A DNA stretch of 64,000 nucleotides from Octopus sinensis (Eukaryota). A program made the position numbers and the translations under genes. Every line of letters starts with the position of its first letter. Positions within the stretch are counted from its first letter, which is position 1. Positions 1 through 12,230 of this stretch are shown here, piece after piece. The notes beneath the pieces are model-generated. The model had not been told where the DNA came from. It searched no databases and was given only the letters and a program-made list of their open reading frames with translations. The stretch spans positions 3,410,001 to 3,474,000 of the forward strand of contig NC_043006.1 in assembly GCF_006345805.1 (NCBI RefSeq), read 5' to 3'.

Positions 1-112
1 AAACAAACAAACAGAGGATATGAATATAACATATACGGTAAAATGTATTATACACTGTGAGCAGCTTCCTGGATCTTGTAGTAGTGTTTTTGTTACGTAA
101 GGAATTCATCAG

Positions 113-206
113 TATCATCTTCATCATCATCGTCATCATTGTCATCATCATTATCGTCGTCATCATCATCATCCTTATCGTCATCGTCATCGTCATCATC
201 ATCAAA
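113..206. repeat. Imperfect (CAT/CGT)n trinucleotide microsatellite
   Basis: catcatcatcgtcatcatt... read directly; explains the poly-Ile ORF 57..260. Confidence 0.9.
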
Positions 207-324
207 TACATTATAGCCACGATCATCCTGTCTATGGCATATGCAGGATATTCATTCTAAAGTTAATTAACCGTTCTTGAATTCGTAAATTAAGTAAATC
301 TATTATATATATATACATATATAT

Positions 325-533
325 AAAGTTAATCCAAACAAGAAAGCACAAAAAAACACAACAACGCGAGGACGTGGAACAAATATAGTATTATTGGACG
401 CTCAGGAAAGAAGGAAAGGAGGGTTTAACGTTTCGAGCGGAGCTCTTCGTCAGAAACATAGGAAAAGGAAAGATCCAGAGAAGGGAAGACAGAGGGAAAA
501 AAATCGCCAACGGTGCACACGAGGTCACATTTT
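325..533 (-). mobile_element. ~210-bp non-autonomous HHR-bearing element (family H1), Penelope-pLTR-like
   Basis: Flanked by (TA)n; near-identical copy in opposite orientation at 29206-29414; contains a minimal HHR. Confidence 0.75.
423..457 (-). ncRNA. Minimal type I hammerhead ribozyme, intact core
   Basis: Minus strand GUUU-CUGACGA-A-GAGC(UCC)GCUC-GAAA-CG-UU^AAAC; stem I GUUU/AAAC; palindromic stem III (AACGUU); predicted cut 427/426. Confidence 0.75.
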
Positions 534-999
534 ATATATATTTACTGGATACGATTTACGTACGGTGTGACGGTTAAAATCTTAGGAGTATTCCTCCCAT
601 TTAATTTTAGTATGAAAACTACACACTACGGGTACGTTAATAACTTATGTGATTTACTGGAGGAGAAGCTGCTACGTGGAGACTCCCTCGTGATATCGAT
701 AAGGATAGTGGAGCTGGTGTGGAGAAGGTGAGGGAGTTACAGCTGTTGTTATTTAGCCACAGGTCAGACATGATTGAGTTTAACCTTATAGAAACCGCTA
801 CAGTTGCGATTGTTCTTTCTTTTTGTGTATCTAAAATATTTTACATGGTACAGTGTGATTTGAGGGAAGTTAGCTACTATATCTATCCGTTCGGATGACT
901 GCCACTCAGAGGTTTCATCTTTGGCTTTTGGAATTAGTAGTAAAGCTGTAATGTGCAAGAATCAATGATATCGTTGTTAATATTATGATATCGTATAAT

Positions 1000-1420
1000 G
1001 CGACAGTCTGGCTGAATGCTTTGCGACATTTTGTCTGTCATTACTTTATGAGTTCGAATTCCGTTCTGATCGACTTTGCCTTTCATCACTCTGGGATCGA
1101 AAGAGTTAGTACTTGTTGAACACTGGAGTCGATGTAATCGATTTATCCTCTCTCCCAAAATTGTTAACCTTGTGCCAAAACTTGAAATCAATACTATTAT
1201 ATCGTATAAAACAGCAAGCTGGCAGAATCGTTAGCACGCCAGGCTTAGCGAAATTTCGTCCGTCTTTACGTTCTGAGTTCAAATTCCACCGAGTTCGACT
1301 TTGCTTTCATCCTCTAGAGATCGATAAAATAAGTACCAGTTGAGCTCTGGGGTCGAGTTAATCAACTTAGCCCATCCGCCGAAATTTCAGGCCTTGTGCC
1401 AACACGTGGAACCAGTATCA
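1000..1420 (+). mobile_element. Two degenerate SINE-A copies in tandem
   Basis: Two GTTC(G/A)AATTCC..GACTTTGC(C/T)TTTCATC..AAGT cores with GCCTTGTGCC tails. Confidence 0.7.
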
Positions 1421-1949
1421 TAATGTCGTTGACAGGACCGGCTTCTGTTTAGTAATGATGGTATGTTTCGTTGTTCTTTATGTTGTGACGTATTAGAGTT
1501 GGTTACTACCAATATGACAAAAGATGTTCCATTTGTGACTGTCCCGTCTCTTTTCGTTAGGCATAGTGCATTCGGGATTGCATTATCTATTTTAAGGGAG
1601 TAGGGTGTATTTCCATGAAAATTTGTCAGCTATTTCCAGTAAACTGAGAACCTAACACGCAGAGCATTCGATGTCAGTTCCCATAGATGCTTCGCTAAAA
1701 TAATCTCAGCGAAGTAGATAATATTGACATCCACATAGACTGAGGGGAAATTCCGAGGAAAATCACTTCTACTAAAGGAAAAGTGGGATTTCTGTTTAGT
1801 TCTTGTATTGGAATGGGAATCACATAGGAGATGGTGAGAGTGAATGCAATGTACCGACTGGATTTAAGATAGGCTAACTTAACTCAGACAGGTTTGGTCA
1901 AGCCGTATCTAGCTTAATAGAAGCACCTGGAGTAGTCTTTTAAGCCATG

Positions 1950-2085
1950 CTTTAGGACATCATAGCCCATTCGGCAAGGGAGTTGTGGTTTGCCGAGATA
2001 TATACGCTTGTAGGAAGTTTGTCAGTTATCACTTGAAGGAATTTGTCCATTTACCTTCTGAATGTTATAGGCTCTCTTTCTTTTT
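1950..2085 (-). mobile_element. LINE (CR1/L2-group) ORF2 3' end remnant
   Basis: Minus translation KKEREPITFRR*MDKFLQVITDKLPTSVYISANHNSLAEWA; same motif at 43500-43707. Confidence 0.6.
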
Positions 2086-2202
2086 TGATGCGATAATCCG
2101 AATCACTAGTTAAGATAAAATTATTTTGCCGCAATATTGTTATGTGAAGCGAGCTCGACTATTGTAGGATCTAAACCTTGAATAACTTGTGAACTTAATA
2201 CC

Positions 2203-2433
2203 TATTTCTTTATTACCCACAAGGGGCTAAACATAGAGGTGACAAACAAGGACAGACATAGGTATTAAGTCGATTACATCGACCCCAGTGCAGGACTGGT
2301 ACTTAATTTATCGACCCCGAAAGATGAAAGGCAAAGTCAACCTCGGCGGAATTTGAACTGACAACGTAACGACAGACGAAATACCGCTAAGCATTTCATC
2401 CGGCGTGCTAACATTTCTGCCAGCTCGCCGCCC
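2203..2433 (-). mobile_element. Full-length tRNA-derived SINE-A with 15-bp TSD
   Basis: Head GGCGGCGAGCTGGCAGAAA, B-box GTTCAAATTCC, core GCCTTTCATC.TTCGGGGTCG; TSD TGTGAACTTAATACC at 2188-2202 and 2434-2448. Confidence 0.9.
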
Positions 2434-2559
2434 TGTGAACTTAATACCGGCATCGTTTTATCGGTCAGCAGCGTCGTAGAGAATAAATTCCGAGCATTTT
2501 TAAGCGATCCTAATAGTCAAATGCTGTTAAGTCATTTATTTATTTATTTAATGTATGCG

Positions 2560-3180
2560 TGTGATTGATTTCTGAAGTGTTTCAGTTATCATAATGGTTT
2601 GTTTTGCTTAAATAGACTATAATGACTGTGGGCAGCAATATTCAAGGTGTGAAATTTTTCAAGCATAGAGAAGCGAAGGATGGAGCTGTCTGAACCTCTG
2701 GAGTAGAAAGTGCAAAGGAGCCATAAGCAGATTGTACGGATAGCATAGATTCAGCAAGTGATGTGCGTTAGACGTAGCGAGGAGAATACGAAAAGGAGGG
2801 ATACTCCTGGAGGAGGTGATATACAGTTTGTGAGATTAAAGGAACAGAGAACGTATTAGTAGTGGTAAAAGATGCATAGATATGAAACAGCATATCTGTG
2901 ATTGAGTAGCTGCTGAGATGATTCGTATTCTTTTAAATGCAAGTTAAGTATTAAGTGTATGTGGGAGTAACTACCCAGAAATGTGAACAATATTCTTGAG
3001 GATGAGAATCGAAGATTAAAAAGAGTTGGAATATTCTCTGATCGTGTGAAAAGAAAGAATTTAAACCTTGGAATGTGAGCGATCCAGAAATTCCAACACA
3101 CTGCTTAATTGGAGATCTGAAATTTTGAGCAGGTGTAAACACATGAACAGTTTTCTTTTATCGAACTGGAAGGCACCACC
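2560..3180 (-). mobile_element. Decayed LINE ORF2 C-terminal region (CR1/L2-group)
   Basis: Frameshifted motifs FFSHDQRIF..QEYCSHFW, LNHRYAVSYLCIFYHY, NLTNCISPPP resemble post-RT LINE motifs (EYCSHxW; HRRxVASLxxFYRY). Confidence 0.55.
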
Positions 3181-3516
3181 CACTCCAGATTGAGTCTCCA
3201 TGACTTAGACATATATTCTGCTATTGTGTTCTAACCCAGTTGTATTTAATGAACTTTCTGCAATCAAGGAGGACGAGGATCGCTATTACAGATTTCGTTT
3301 CTTTTTTCTTGTTCCAGTTTTTGCACCAACCTTCTTTACGTCTTTCCCATGTGTTTTTTACTTATTTGATTGCTCACCAACGTCCTTCTTTTTAAAAAAA
3401 TCATATATAATGCATAAACAGGACCTAACAGATTAAGCTACATGGCGTAATTTATAAATGTGCCTGTTCAAGTATCATAATAGTATGAAACTAACAGCTC
3501 TTTCGGTTGTGTAATT

Positions 3517-3537
3517 TGATATATATATATATGTATA

Positions 3538-3628
<91 letters not shown>

Positions 3629-3742
3629 ATAGATATAGATATAGATATAGATATATATACGCAGATACATGTATACGTATATAATACCTATATACATACA
3701 TACACACACACAGATATATATATACACATATATAATACACAC
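3517..3742. repeat. Compound (TA)n/(TAGA)n/(CA)n microsatellite
   Basis: Read directly. Confidence 0.95.
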
Positions 3743-3744
3743 AC

Positions 3745-4100
3745 TCAGTAACTTCGTCTTGAAGCTGTTGAACGGGATCAGTTTGTCATGTACCCATTAG
3801 GGAATAGGAAGATATAATGAATAAATCGTGATAAATGTGTGAACATGGGTATAGAGAATGCCGGAATTTAGTTAGGCTAGACGGAGAATGTAATGTCTAT
3901 GAAACAGTGACTGGAGGACTTTAGTAAATGTAAACATATAAATATAATAGTCTTGCGTTAGAAATCGTTTGGTATTCTTGTGAAAATATTTTTGATGAAG
4001 GGGCATAAATCAATGAATGCAGATACAGGGAATGTTGCATCTAATGAAATTAAAGACCAATGTAGTTAAAAGCTTTATAAACTGTAAGCTATCTGTATTT
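3745..4100 (-). mobile_element. Possible very old LINE 3' remnant
   Basis: Minus motifs TKFRHSLYPCSHI and FNSFKTKLL resemble CR1-type ORF2 ends. Confidence 0.35.
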
Positions 4101-4206
4101 AAAATCTAATCACTTCTATGGGTCTTCAATGTGGTATTATCAACTCATTTTAAAATCAACACTTTAAATAATTTGGTCAGTAGCACTTTAGATGTTTATT
4201 GCATTG

Positions 4207-4420
4207 TGTGGTCTAATGGTTAGGGTGTTAAGCTCATGGTCACAGGATCTTGGGTTCGATTACTAGACTAGGCGGCTCGTTGTGCCTTTGTTCTAGGCGC
4301 TTTGTTTCACGTTGCTTCCGTCTACTCATTTGAACATGTTTACCAACCCAGTGCTAGTGTAGCCGCCTCTCCTTCTAGTTGCTACATCCCAAGTGTTCTG
4401 CTAGCTCATGGGTGGAAGAA
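4207..4420 (+). mobile_element. Degenerate tRNA-headed SINE (family D)
   Basis: A-box GTGGTCTAATGG, B-box GGTTCGATTAC, then GCTTTGTTTCACGTTGCT core related to 61790-62035. Confidence 0.55.
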
Positions 4421-4714
4421 TGGAGATACTTTCTATGTGTGCTTATGAGCACATGGGTGCCTAAAACATTTCCAGGAAAGGTACACGCTGCTACGTCATA
4501 AATACTCATGCAAGTGACAGCATGCATGTATGAATCTATATCAAGGCGAACGAAATATGACGCATATTATGCGTATATACTTTTTGAATGCATATGTATT
4601 AGGTGTTGGTTAGGTACATGTGTATATAGGTTTTCTGAGTACTTTTAATCCGTTTTCTTTCTTTAGCCAAATGTTGGCCCTTAATGAAAGGGTCAGTGGA
4701 TTATGGTCGATTGG

Positions 4715-4948
4715 CAGAAACGTTAGCTGGCAGAAACGTTAGCATACCGGGCTAAATGCGTAGCCGTATTTCGTCTACCGTTACGTTCTGAGTTGAAATT
4801 CCGCCGAGGTTGACTTTGCCTTTCATCCTTTCGGGGTCGATTAAATAAGTACCAGTTTCGCACTGGGGTCAATGTAATTGACTTTATCCCTTTGTCTGTT
4901 CTTGTTTGTCCCCTCTATGTTTAGCCCCTTGTGGGCAATAAAGAAATA
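4715..4948 (+). mobile_element. SINE-A with TSD
   Basis: SINE-A head/core/tail; TSD TATGGTC(G/A)ATTGG at 4702-4714 and 4949-4961; short head duplication. Confidence 0.88.
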
Positions 4949-5057
4949 TATGGTCAATTGGATTTATAGCATGTTTTCAACGAGGTACTAAAGATCATTT
5001 ACTATTCCTTCTCACTTTCTACATCAATAGCTTAATAATTATTTTCTCTATATTATA

Positions 5058-5430
5058 GGCGCACGCGTGACTGTGTGGTAAGAAGCTTACTTTCCAGCCA
5101 CATGGTTTCGGGTTCAGTCCCACTGCGTGGCACCTTGGGTAAGTGTCTTCTATTATAGCCTCGGACCGACCAAAACCTTGTGACTGGACTTGGTAGACGG
5201 AACTGAAAGAAGCCTGTCGTATATATGTATATATATATGTATGTGTGTCCTTGTATCTATATTTGCCCCCACACCATCGCATTTCAACCGATTTCGGTGT
5301 GTTTATGTCCCCTGTAACCTAGCGGTTCGTGAAAAGATACCGATGGAATTACTAGGCTAACAAAAACTAAGTCTTGGGGTCGAATTCTTCGACTAGAACC
5401 CTTCAAGGTGGTGCTCTAGCATGGCCGCGC
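5058..5430 (+). mobile_element. tRNA-derived SINE-B, near full length
   Basis: GGCGCA..GTGTGGTAAG head, GGTTCAGTCCC B-box, GCACCTTGGG.AAGTGTCTT core, internal microsatellite, CTAGCATGGCC tail. Confidence 0.88.
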
Positions 5431-5761
5431 TAGAAGCAGCTCCAGGTTTGCCCGTTCTGAGCAAGGCGTTCAAGTTGCGCAGGTTGAATGTTGCAGGAGC
5501 TGAGGGCACGCAGCCCTCTTCTTGGGTCCCCTGTTCGGGTGAACACTGGTTGATAGCTCTCTGAAGAAAACTATTTTTGGGAGACAATTATCCGGCATCC
5601 TAATAACGTGACCGACCCATCTTAGAAGACGGCGTTGATATATGTATTCGTGCTGCGGCTTAGTTCAACTAGTGTCCATAAAGATTTTTTTTTTTTGTAA
5701 AAATTCTATGTAATTTCATTAGTTTTCGTTAAATCTCAAATTCATTTGTAACAAAAACTTT

Positions 5762-6152
5762 ATTATTTTCTACTTTAGGCACAATTCCGGAAATTTTGGG
5801 GGAAGGGACCAGTCGATTAGATCGAACCCAGTACGCAACTGGTACTTAATCTATCGACCCCGAAAGGATGAAAGGCAAAGTCGACCTCGGCGGAATTTGA
5901 GCTCAGAACGTAACGGCAGACGAAATACCTATTTCTTTAGTACCCACAAGGGGCTAAACACAGAGAGGACAAACAAACGGATTAAGTCAATTATATCGAC
6001 CACAGTGCGTAACTGGTACTTATTTAATCGACTCCGAAAGAATGAAAGGCAAAGTCGACCTCGGCAGAATTTGAACTCAGAACGTAGCGGCAGACAAAAT
6101 ACCGCGAAGTATTTCGCCCGGCGTGCTAGCGTTTCTGCCAGTTCGCCGCCTT
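5762..6152 (-). mobile_element. Dimeric SINE-A (full monomer plus head-truncated monomer with alternative tail)
   Basis: Same AAAGAAATA|GGTATTTCGTC junction as the dimers at 14166-14979. Confidence 0.85.
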
Positions 6153-6259
6153 AAAAGAAAACCTTATTATAAGAAAATATAGGTATTGCTCCAGAATGGC
6201 TGCAGTCAAATGACCGAAACAAGTACAAGAATAAAAGAGCAAAAGAATATCCAGAAGTG

Positions 6260-7760
6260 GAGGTAATACTGAAATCCAGTTCATCAGAGAACTTGCTGGT
6301 TAATTTGGTGGTTATTTATGTTTACAGGACTGGAATGCGTTAATGTGTTGCTAGCAATGTAAGGTGGCTCTTCCTTTGTGTTAGTGAAGTAAATATGATA
6401 ACGTTTTCAAGATCTCTATTCATGAATTTGTTACAAATTTGGTGCGAAGTGTCTAAATTGCATGCGAATGATGTTTGAGTGGTTTGTTAAGAAGGGATGA
6501 AGGATGATATCATTTGCATATTCTAGTGGACGGGTGTTGTTACAGTTCGTCGATGTATACAAAGAAGAGTATTAGTGGTTAGAACAGAACTCTTTAGCAT
6601 TTCAGAATTGATAAAATGTATGTCAAAAAGAGTTCCGTCATCATACACCACAATGATGTGATCTAACAGGAACCCACCGTTCCAAGACACGAGAAGCGCT
6701 TGCATCGTATAAGCGGGTGGGTAGTTATTCCTGGAGAGCGGTGTACTGAACACGATCAAAAGTTTTGCCGATATGGAGGTGAACAATGTTTTCGTCAAAC
6801 TTCTCGAGAGCAAGATTCCATTGGTGTGTAACTTAAAAGAGTTGGACTCCAGTAGATTTAAATTTACGTAAGTCGTATTTATGGTTATTAAGGAGGTGGA
6901 GATATCCAAAGTGATATAGAAGTTTGTTGTTAATAGGGGTCTACTTCGTCTTTCTCGTGTTGGAAGTGATTATAACAGGGTGATAGTTTACTGAGTAAGT
7001 TTGGTTGCCCTCCTTGGGAATCGAGCGTACGTTAGTCAACTTCCAAATTCCAAAATATATCCATGTACAGAGAGGAGAGAGAGAGATAATAAATGGTTGA
7101 TAAGGGATAGTTCTCAGATGTATTGTTTGCTAGAAAAGGAAGAGACATTGTCAGAGTTCATGAATTTATTTGCTTTAAGCGACTGAAAGTATTTTCCGCG
7201 CTTAGCATATCTGTACGAGTTTTAACCTGGTAGAGTACAATTATTTACTGTATGCAGTGAATAATTGGACTTAGCACTGGTGATAAAGATGGAGGCTTTC
7301 TCTGCAGAAATACTGCTTACAGAAGTATTGTTGGGGAGTGAAAAAAGTGTGTCCCCTTAGATTGGATAGAGTTCCGTTTTGCAATGGAGAAAAGGAACCG
7401 GTTGCAGTTCCGGAAACAGGATAGCTTGTTAATTACGCATTGTACCGAGGCGTACTTCAAAGTTCGGACCTTTATAATGTTGAGTAAAAGTAATCTAGTT
7501 TATAGGGAAAAGTGATTTTCTAATGGCGTTGAAGCCATGTTTATTTATTTTTTTCTTTTGGTGGAGGGGTGGACTCAACTGTTTATTGCAGTCATGGGTA
7601 CACCACTGGGGAGACTTTGGACTGTTAGTGTTTGTTTTGTGGGGGTGTGTGCTTAGGAAAATGGTTGCAGATGCCGACATCAGTTGATATTTCTTATGAA
7701 TGAAGAGTAAAGCACATCCACCGCCATGTCAACAGAGGAGGAACAGTTGCTATTCTTACT
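6260..7760 (-). mobile_element. Decayed LINE reverse transcriptase region
   Basis: Minus translation WKLTNVRSIPKEG..NYHPVIITS..HKYDLRKFKSTG..VTHQWNLALE..HIGKTFDRVQY and YANDIILH (YADD-like) in the expected RT order, with stops and frameshifts. Confidence 0.75.
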
Positions 7761-9349
7761 AGGTTCTCCCTTTTTAGAAACGAACGTTGTCTTTGTCATC
7801 AATAGCTTATTAAATCTGTGAAATACATCAACATAAGAACCGTCGGATCACTAAAGGAATTAGAATATGCCCCTTAATATATAATCCACTTTGAATCATT
7901 AATTACATTCATTTTGAATGTTTGATTACTTAATAGTTGGTCGGTAGTTGATAAAGCCAATTCTCATTCTTTAGTCTTATCCGCCATCGTTCATCATACC
8001 CACCACTCACACAACTTCTTACTAGCTTTTAAACTGACACAACACCGTACGTTCACTTCTTTTCATTATTATTGAAACTTTCTCTATCATCTCGACCCTT
8101 AAACGAAGAACAAGTGCCTGAATAATTTACATTCTTCGTCCCTCACGACACAGCAACTCAACAAACTTTTCTATGTTAAATAAATGACACATTACAACAT
8201 TTAAATTCAGAAAGTGTGTTCTGTATTCTGACATTTCATATCATATATTTTACTCTCTATCATATGTTTCACCTTAAGAAGTTTTCTTTAAACAATAATC
8301 AAGTTACAGGTAGCTAAACAGGGAAATTTAACTAAATGGTGAGCTGTATACAATGTTACTACCTTATGTTGCTGTGAATAAAAAAAGTTTTTCGATAAGA
8401 ATCGCAGTTTGAAACGTTGATACTGTTTTGTGAATTCGTGATTAATATTTTACATTAACATTCTAATTGCTGCGTACTGTATTGATTTTTGTTGACAAGA
8501 GAATTTCCTTAAATTTTAGTGGTTACATTTATTGTCGGTTTATCATTGACATCGCTAAAAATTATAAACATATGCCCTGAAGAACTGAATTAATTCATAA
8601 CTCCATGAATCATTAATTAGAAAGAAATGAGAATAAATGGATCATAAAGTATTCTACAACACAGTAGTTATGATAACAGCTGTGTCTGAGCCTGTGCAAG
8701 TAATATAATTTTTTTCAAGAAAAAGTTGACTATAAATATGAAAATATCCTGAATATGAAAATACCCATGGCAGCTGATTGTGAAATGGTCAACATTAATG
8801 GTGCCAACAAGTACTTCGTCATAGTTTTGAGATATTCTCAATTTGAAAATAAAATGCAACATGTGCTGCATGTCTTTTACAATGACATCGAAGAAACATT
8901 TGACGTATAGCAAAAAAGAAAAAGAAAATCCGCATCTATTATCTAGTTTAGAGGTGTTAGATTCGATCTCAGGTGTCAGCATATAAATCACTCAATGCAA
9001 CCATTGGAAACACGACAGCTTGTATTTAAAAATAAATGAACCTGTCAACACCTGAGCTAGTTCAGATCCATCCATCATACAGGTAAATATTCTCCGACTA
9101 TGTTTTCATTGACAATAATTAGGGTTTCAAATTAGTGCCTTCCTCACAATTCTATTTATGAGAAACCAATCCAACACCTTTTGTCTTTTTGTGGTACAAG
9201 CTGCTAAAGTGATTTTCATTTGATTCTTTGTAGAAACACCATGCTAATGTGAACTAATTCGCAATAGGGATGTGTGTTTTGATTATTCTGGACTGCAGCA
9301 ATAAAGACCATCAATCATTGATATTAATGAACTGGAAGAAGGCGATGCG

Positions 9350-9560
9350 ATGATGGAATCGTCAGCACGCCGTTCAAATTACCTAGCGGCATTTTCCCGG
9401 CTTTACATTTTAGGTTCAAATTTCGCCGAAGTAGACTTTGCCTCTCATCCAATCGGGAACGATAGAATAAGTACCGGTTGAGCACTGGAGTTAATGTAAT
9501 CGACTTATCTCCACAACACCAAAACTTCACGTCTTGTGCCTATGAAAGAAACGATATTAT
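9350..9560 (+). mobile_element. Degenerate SINE-A
   Basis: GGTTCAAATTTCGCCGAAGTAGACTTTGCCTCTCATCC..AAGTACC core. Confidence 0.7.
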
Positions 9561-10334
9561 TGAGATGCAAGGTAGCGCATTCCAAATTAAATTCATTGTT
9601 ATCTTCTAAATAAAAATATTGCTGCAGAGAGATATATTACATGAAATATTTCTACTATTTTTCATTTGCATGATTAATCGTACCGACATAGCTCCAATAC
9701 AACTGATATTTTTTACTACAATATATGTTAAAATATATGATTTTCAAATATAATCGGAGCAGAATGAAATATAATTTCTTACAAATGCACAAAATCTCTT
9801 ATGTACGTAAAAGATCATGAATACTGTTTGTCATCCGTATTTCTCTTCAGAGAGTCATCTAAAGTCTAAGGAATTGGAATCATCTGATAATCGAAGCCGA
9901 AATACTAGCAGAGCTGTTTCGACGATTATTTCTTTCTCTGGTATACGCAGCATATATGCAGTATAAACGTGTTAAGATAAACCTTCAGGTCTGTACGAAC
10001 CTAAACGTAACTATAGATCTGTAAAAAGTTGTTCCTGAACAACTGAACCTTTTGACTATATCATGGAAAAAATAATCAAAATAGCTCCGCATTTATACAA
10101 GATTAATAAAATCTAAAGTGTTCTGTTACCATGAATAAAGTTCGCATATCTGAATAAGTTTGTATGTAGTAGTAATACGTGAATGTTAAAGCTTTGGACA
10201 CAATCCAGCGTTTCTTTTCTATTGGTTCAGACAATTGCTATATGTGAACATTTGCTTTAAAAATCTAATAGGAGGAATTTTTTGTTTAGTAATTTATATT
10301 TAAAGTTATGAGAAATGATAGTTACATTACAACT

Positions 10335-10718
10335 GGAAGCACTCCGTCGGTTACGACGATGAGGGTTCCGGTTGATCCGAATCAACGGAACAGCCTGCGC
10401 GTGAAATTAACGTGTAAGTGGCTGAGCACTCCACAGACACGTGTACCCTTAACGTAGTTCTCGGGGATATTCAGCGTGACACAGAGAGTGACAAGGCCGG
10501 CCCTTTGAAATACAGGTACAACAGAAACAGGAAGTAAGAGTGAGAGAAAGTTGTGGTGAAAGAGTACAGCAGGGATCACCACCATCCCCTGCCGGAGCCT
10601 CGTGGAGCTTTAGGTGTTTTCGCTCAATAAACACTCACAACGCCCGGTCTGGGAATCGAAACTACGATCCTACGACCGCGAGTCCGCTGCCCTAACCACT
10701 GGGCCATTGCGCCTCCTA
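10335..10718 (-). mobile_element. tRNA-derived SINE-C with 11-bp TSD
   Basis: Minus head GGAGGCGCAATGGCCCAGTGGTTAGGGCAGCGG..GTTTCGATTCCC; TSD ACATTACAACT at 10324-10334 and 10719-10729; partial copy near 37300-37495. Confidence 0.88.
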
Positions 10719-12069
10719 ACATTACAACTAGATCATATTCAATTGTCTTAGTAAAGACTCACTTGATATGCAGTACCCATAAGAAAGTCGCCTCTCAGCT
10801 TTTATTTTCTTGGTGAACTAAATATGCATCGCCAGACATTTACAATGCTATTGTCAGTAGTTTTTACAGCAGGCATAAACTATGAGGGAGTTTATAAACC
10901 AATTAGAGAGCTTGAACGTAGTCGTTAGACCTGCTTAAAATAGAGAGCAAGTTTTAAAGAAAGAAACAAATGTTGAAAAATAAAGTAAATGTATTTTGAC
11001 AGTTTTCAATGATGGGATTTCATTTGTTCAATCAGCTCAAATTCTTTGCACATTGAATTGGTATGTAGCTGAGCATTCTAGAAACTCGTGAACCTTAGCG
11101 TAAATTTTAGGCAGAATCAGTGCGACAGTTTGTGACAGGGCTATACATCTGGACTAAAAGTCAATTCATCGGATGAATTTCGGCAGTTTCCGCTAACCCA
11201 ATTTCACTCGAGGCAATACTAACAGATACTGTGAGGCATTTTGTGATCGAACTCGAGAACTCATGATTGCAAAGCGAATCTCTTAAGCATTCAGCTACCC
11301 CTGTTTCTACAAAGAGCATTAGATAAGATGCTTTCTTTGTTTATGTAAAGCTAGTACATCGATCGCAGGACATCGATCGCTCAGTCTTTTCTAGATCTGT
11401 CCAGGTTTAACGTCCTTGCACACACACACACACACACACGCACACACAAAATGCATGGCTGTTCCTGCTCCCTATGTCTCACTCACGGTCGTTCGTACCC
11501 AAACATGATCTCGGTTTATTTCAAGTACGTCCTGACTTCTCTTTTTTTGCCGGTGCTTAACATCGAATAATTTAGCAATAGACATACCTAAAAAAGAGTC
11601 AATAATGGACATGCATGGATTGTCATTGATCATCGATGACTTCGATTACAGCTGACTTCGATTCATTAAACAAAAATGTTCCGGTCATTTCCAATTATTT
11701 CAGCTCTCTAACAACACTGGTTTGATCTTAATTTGATTTTATCAATCTTTAAAAAGCTAAAAAGAAAAGGATTTCTTAGGTTTATTACTTCCTTCAAAGA
11801 ATATCACAACTCCAGCCATGCGATCCAATTCACTGATCTTCATATTGGTTACTAAGTTATCAGTCAGTGCTCTACCAAACTTACTTTAATTTATGTATAA
11901 CCTTTATACAGTCACCCAATTATTTCGTAACTCGATGGATAGAAACGTTTCAGAGTCAGTTAGAATATCTTGCGATATTTGTCCGGCTTTCTTCGTTCAA
12001 TAATTCAAATCTCGCCGAAATTACCTTTGTCTCTTCATCGTTTTGTGATCGATAAAGTAATTAAGGACT

Positions 12070-12230
12070 ATAGGGTGGCCGCTTAATATGATCGAATAGA
12101 TCGGATTGCAATAATCTTTTAAATCTCTTTGTGCTCTGAGTTCAAATGCTGCCGAGGTCAACTTTGTCTTTCAGCCTTTCAGGGTCGATAAAAAAAGCAT
12201 CAGTATTGTACTGGGGTCAGTTCTTCACGC
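12070..12230 (+). mobile_element. Degenerate SINE-A
   Basis: CTGAGTTCAAATGCTGCCGAGGTCAACTTTGTCTTTCAGCCTTTCAGGGTCGATAA core. Confidence 0.65.

Noticed and set aside
10640-10716. tRNA gene calls for SINE heads (also 45190-45258, 4207-4270)
   Set aside because: A/B boxes are present but acceptor stems are incomplete and each continues into a repeat body
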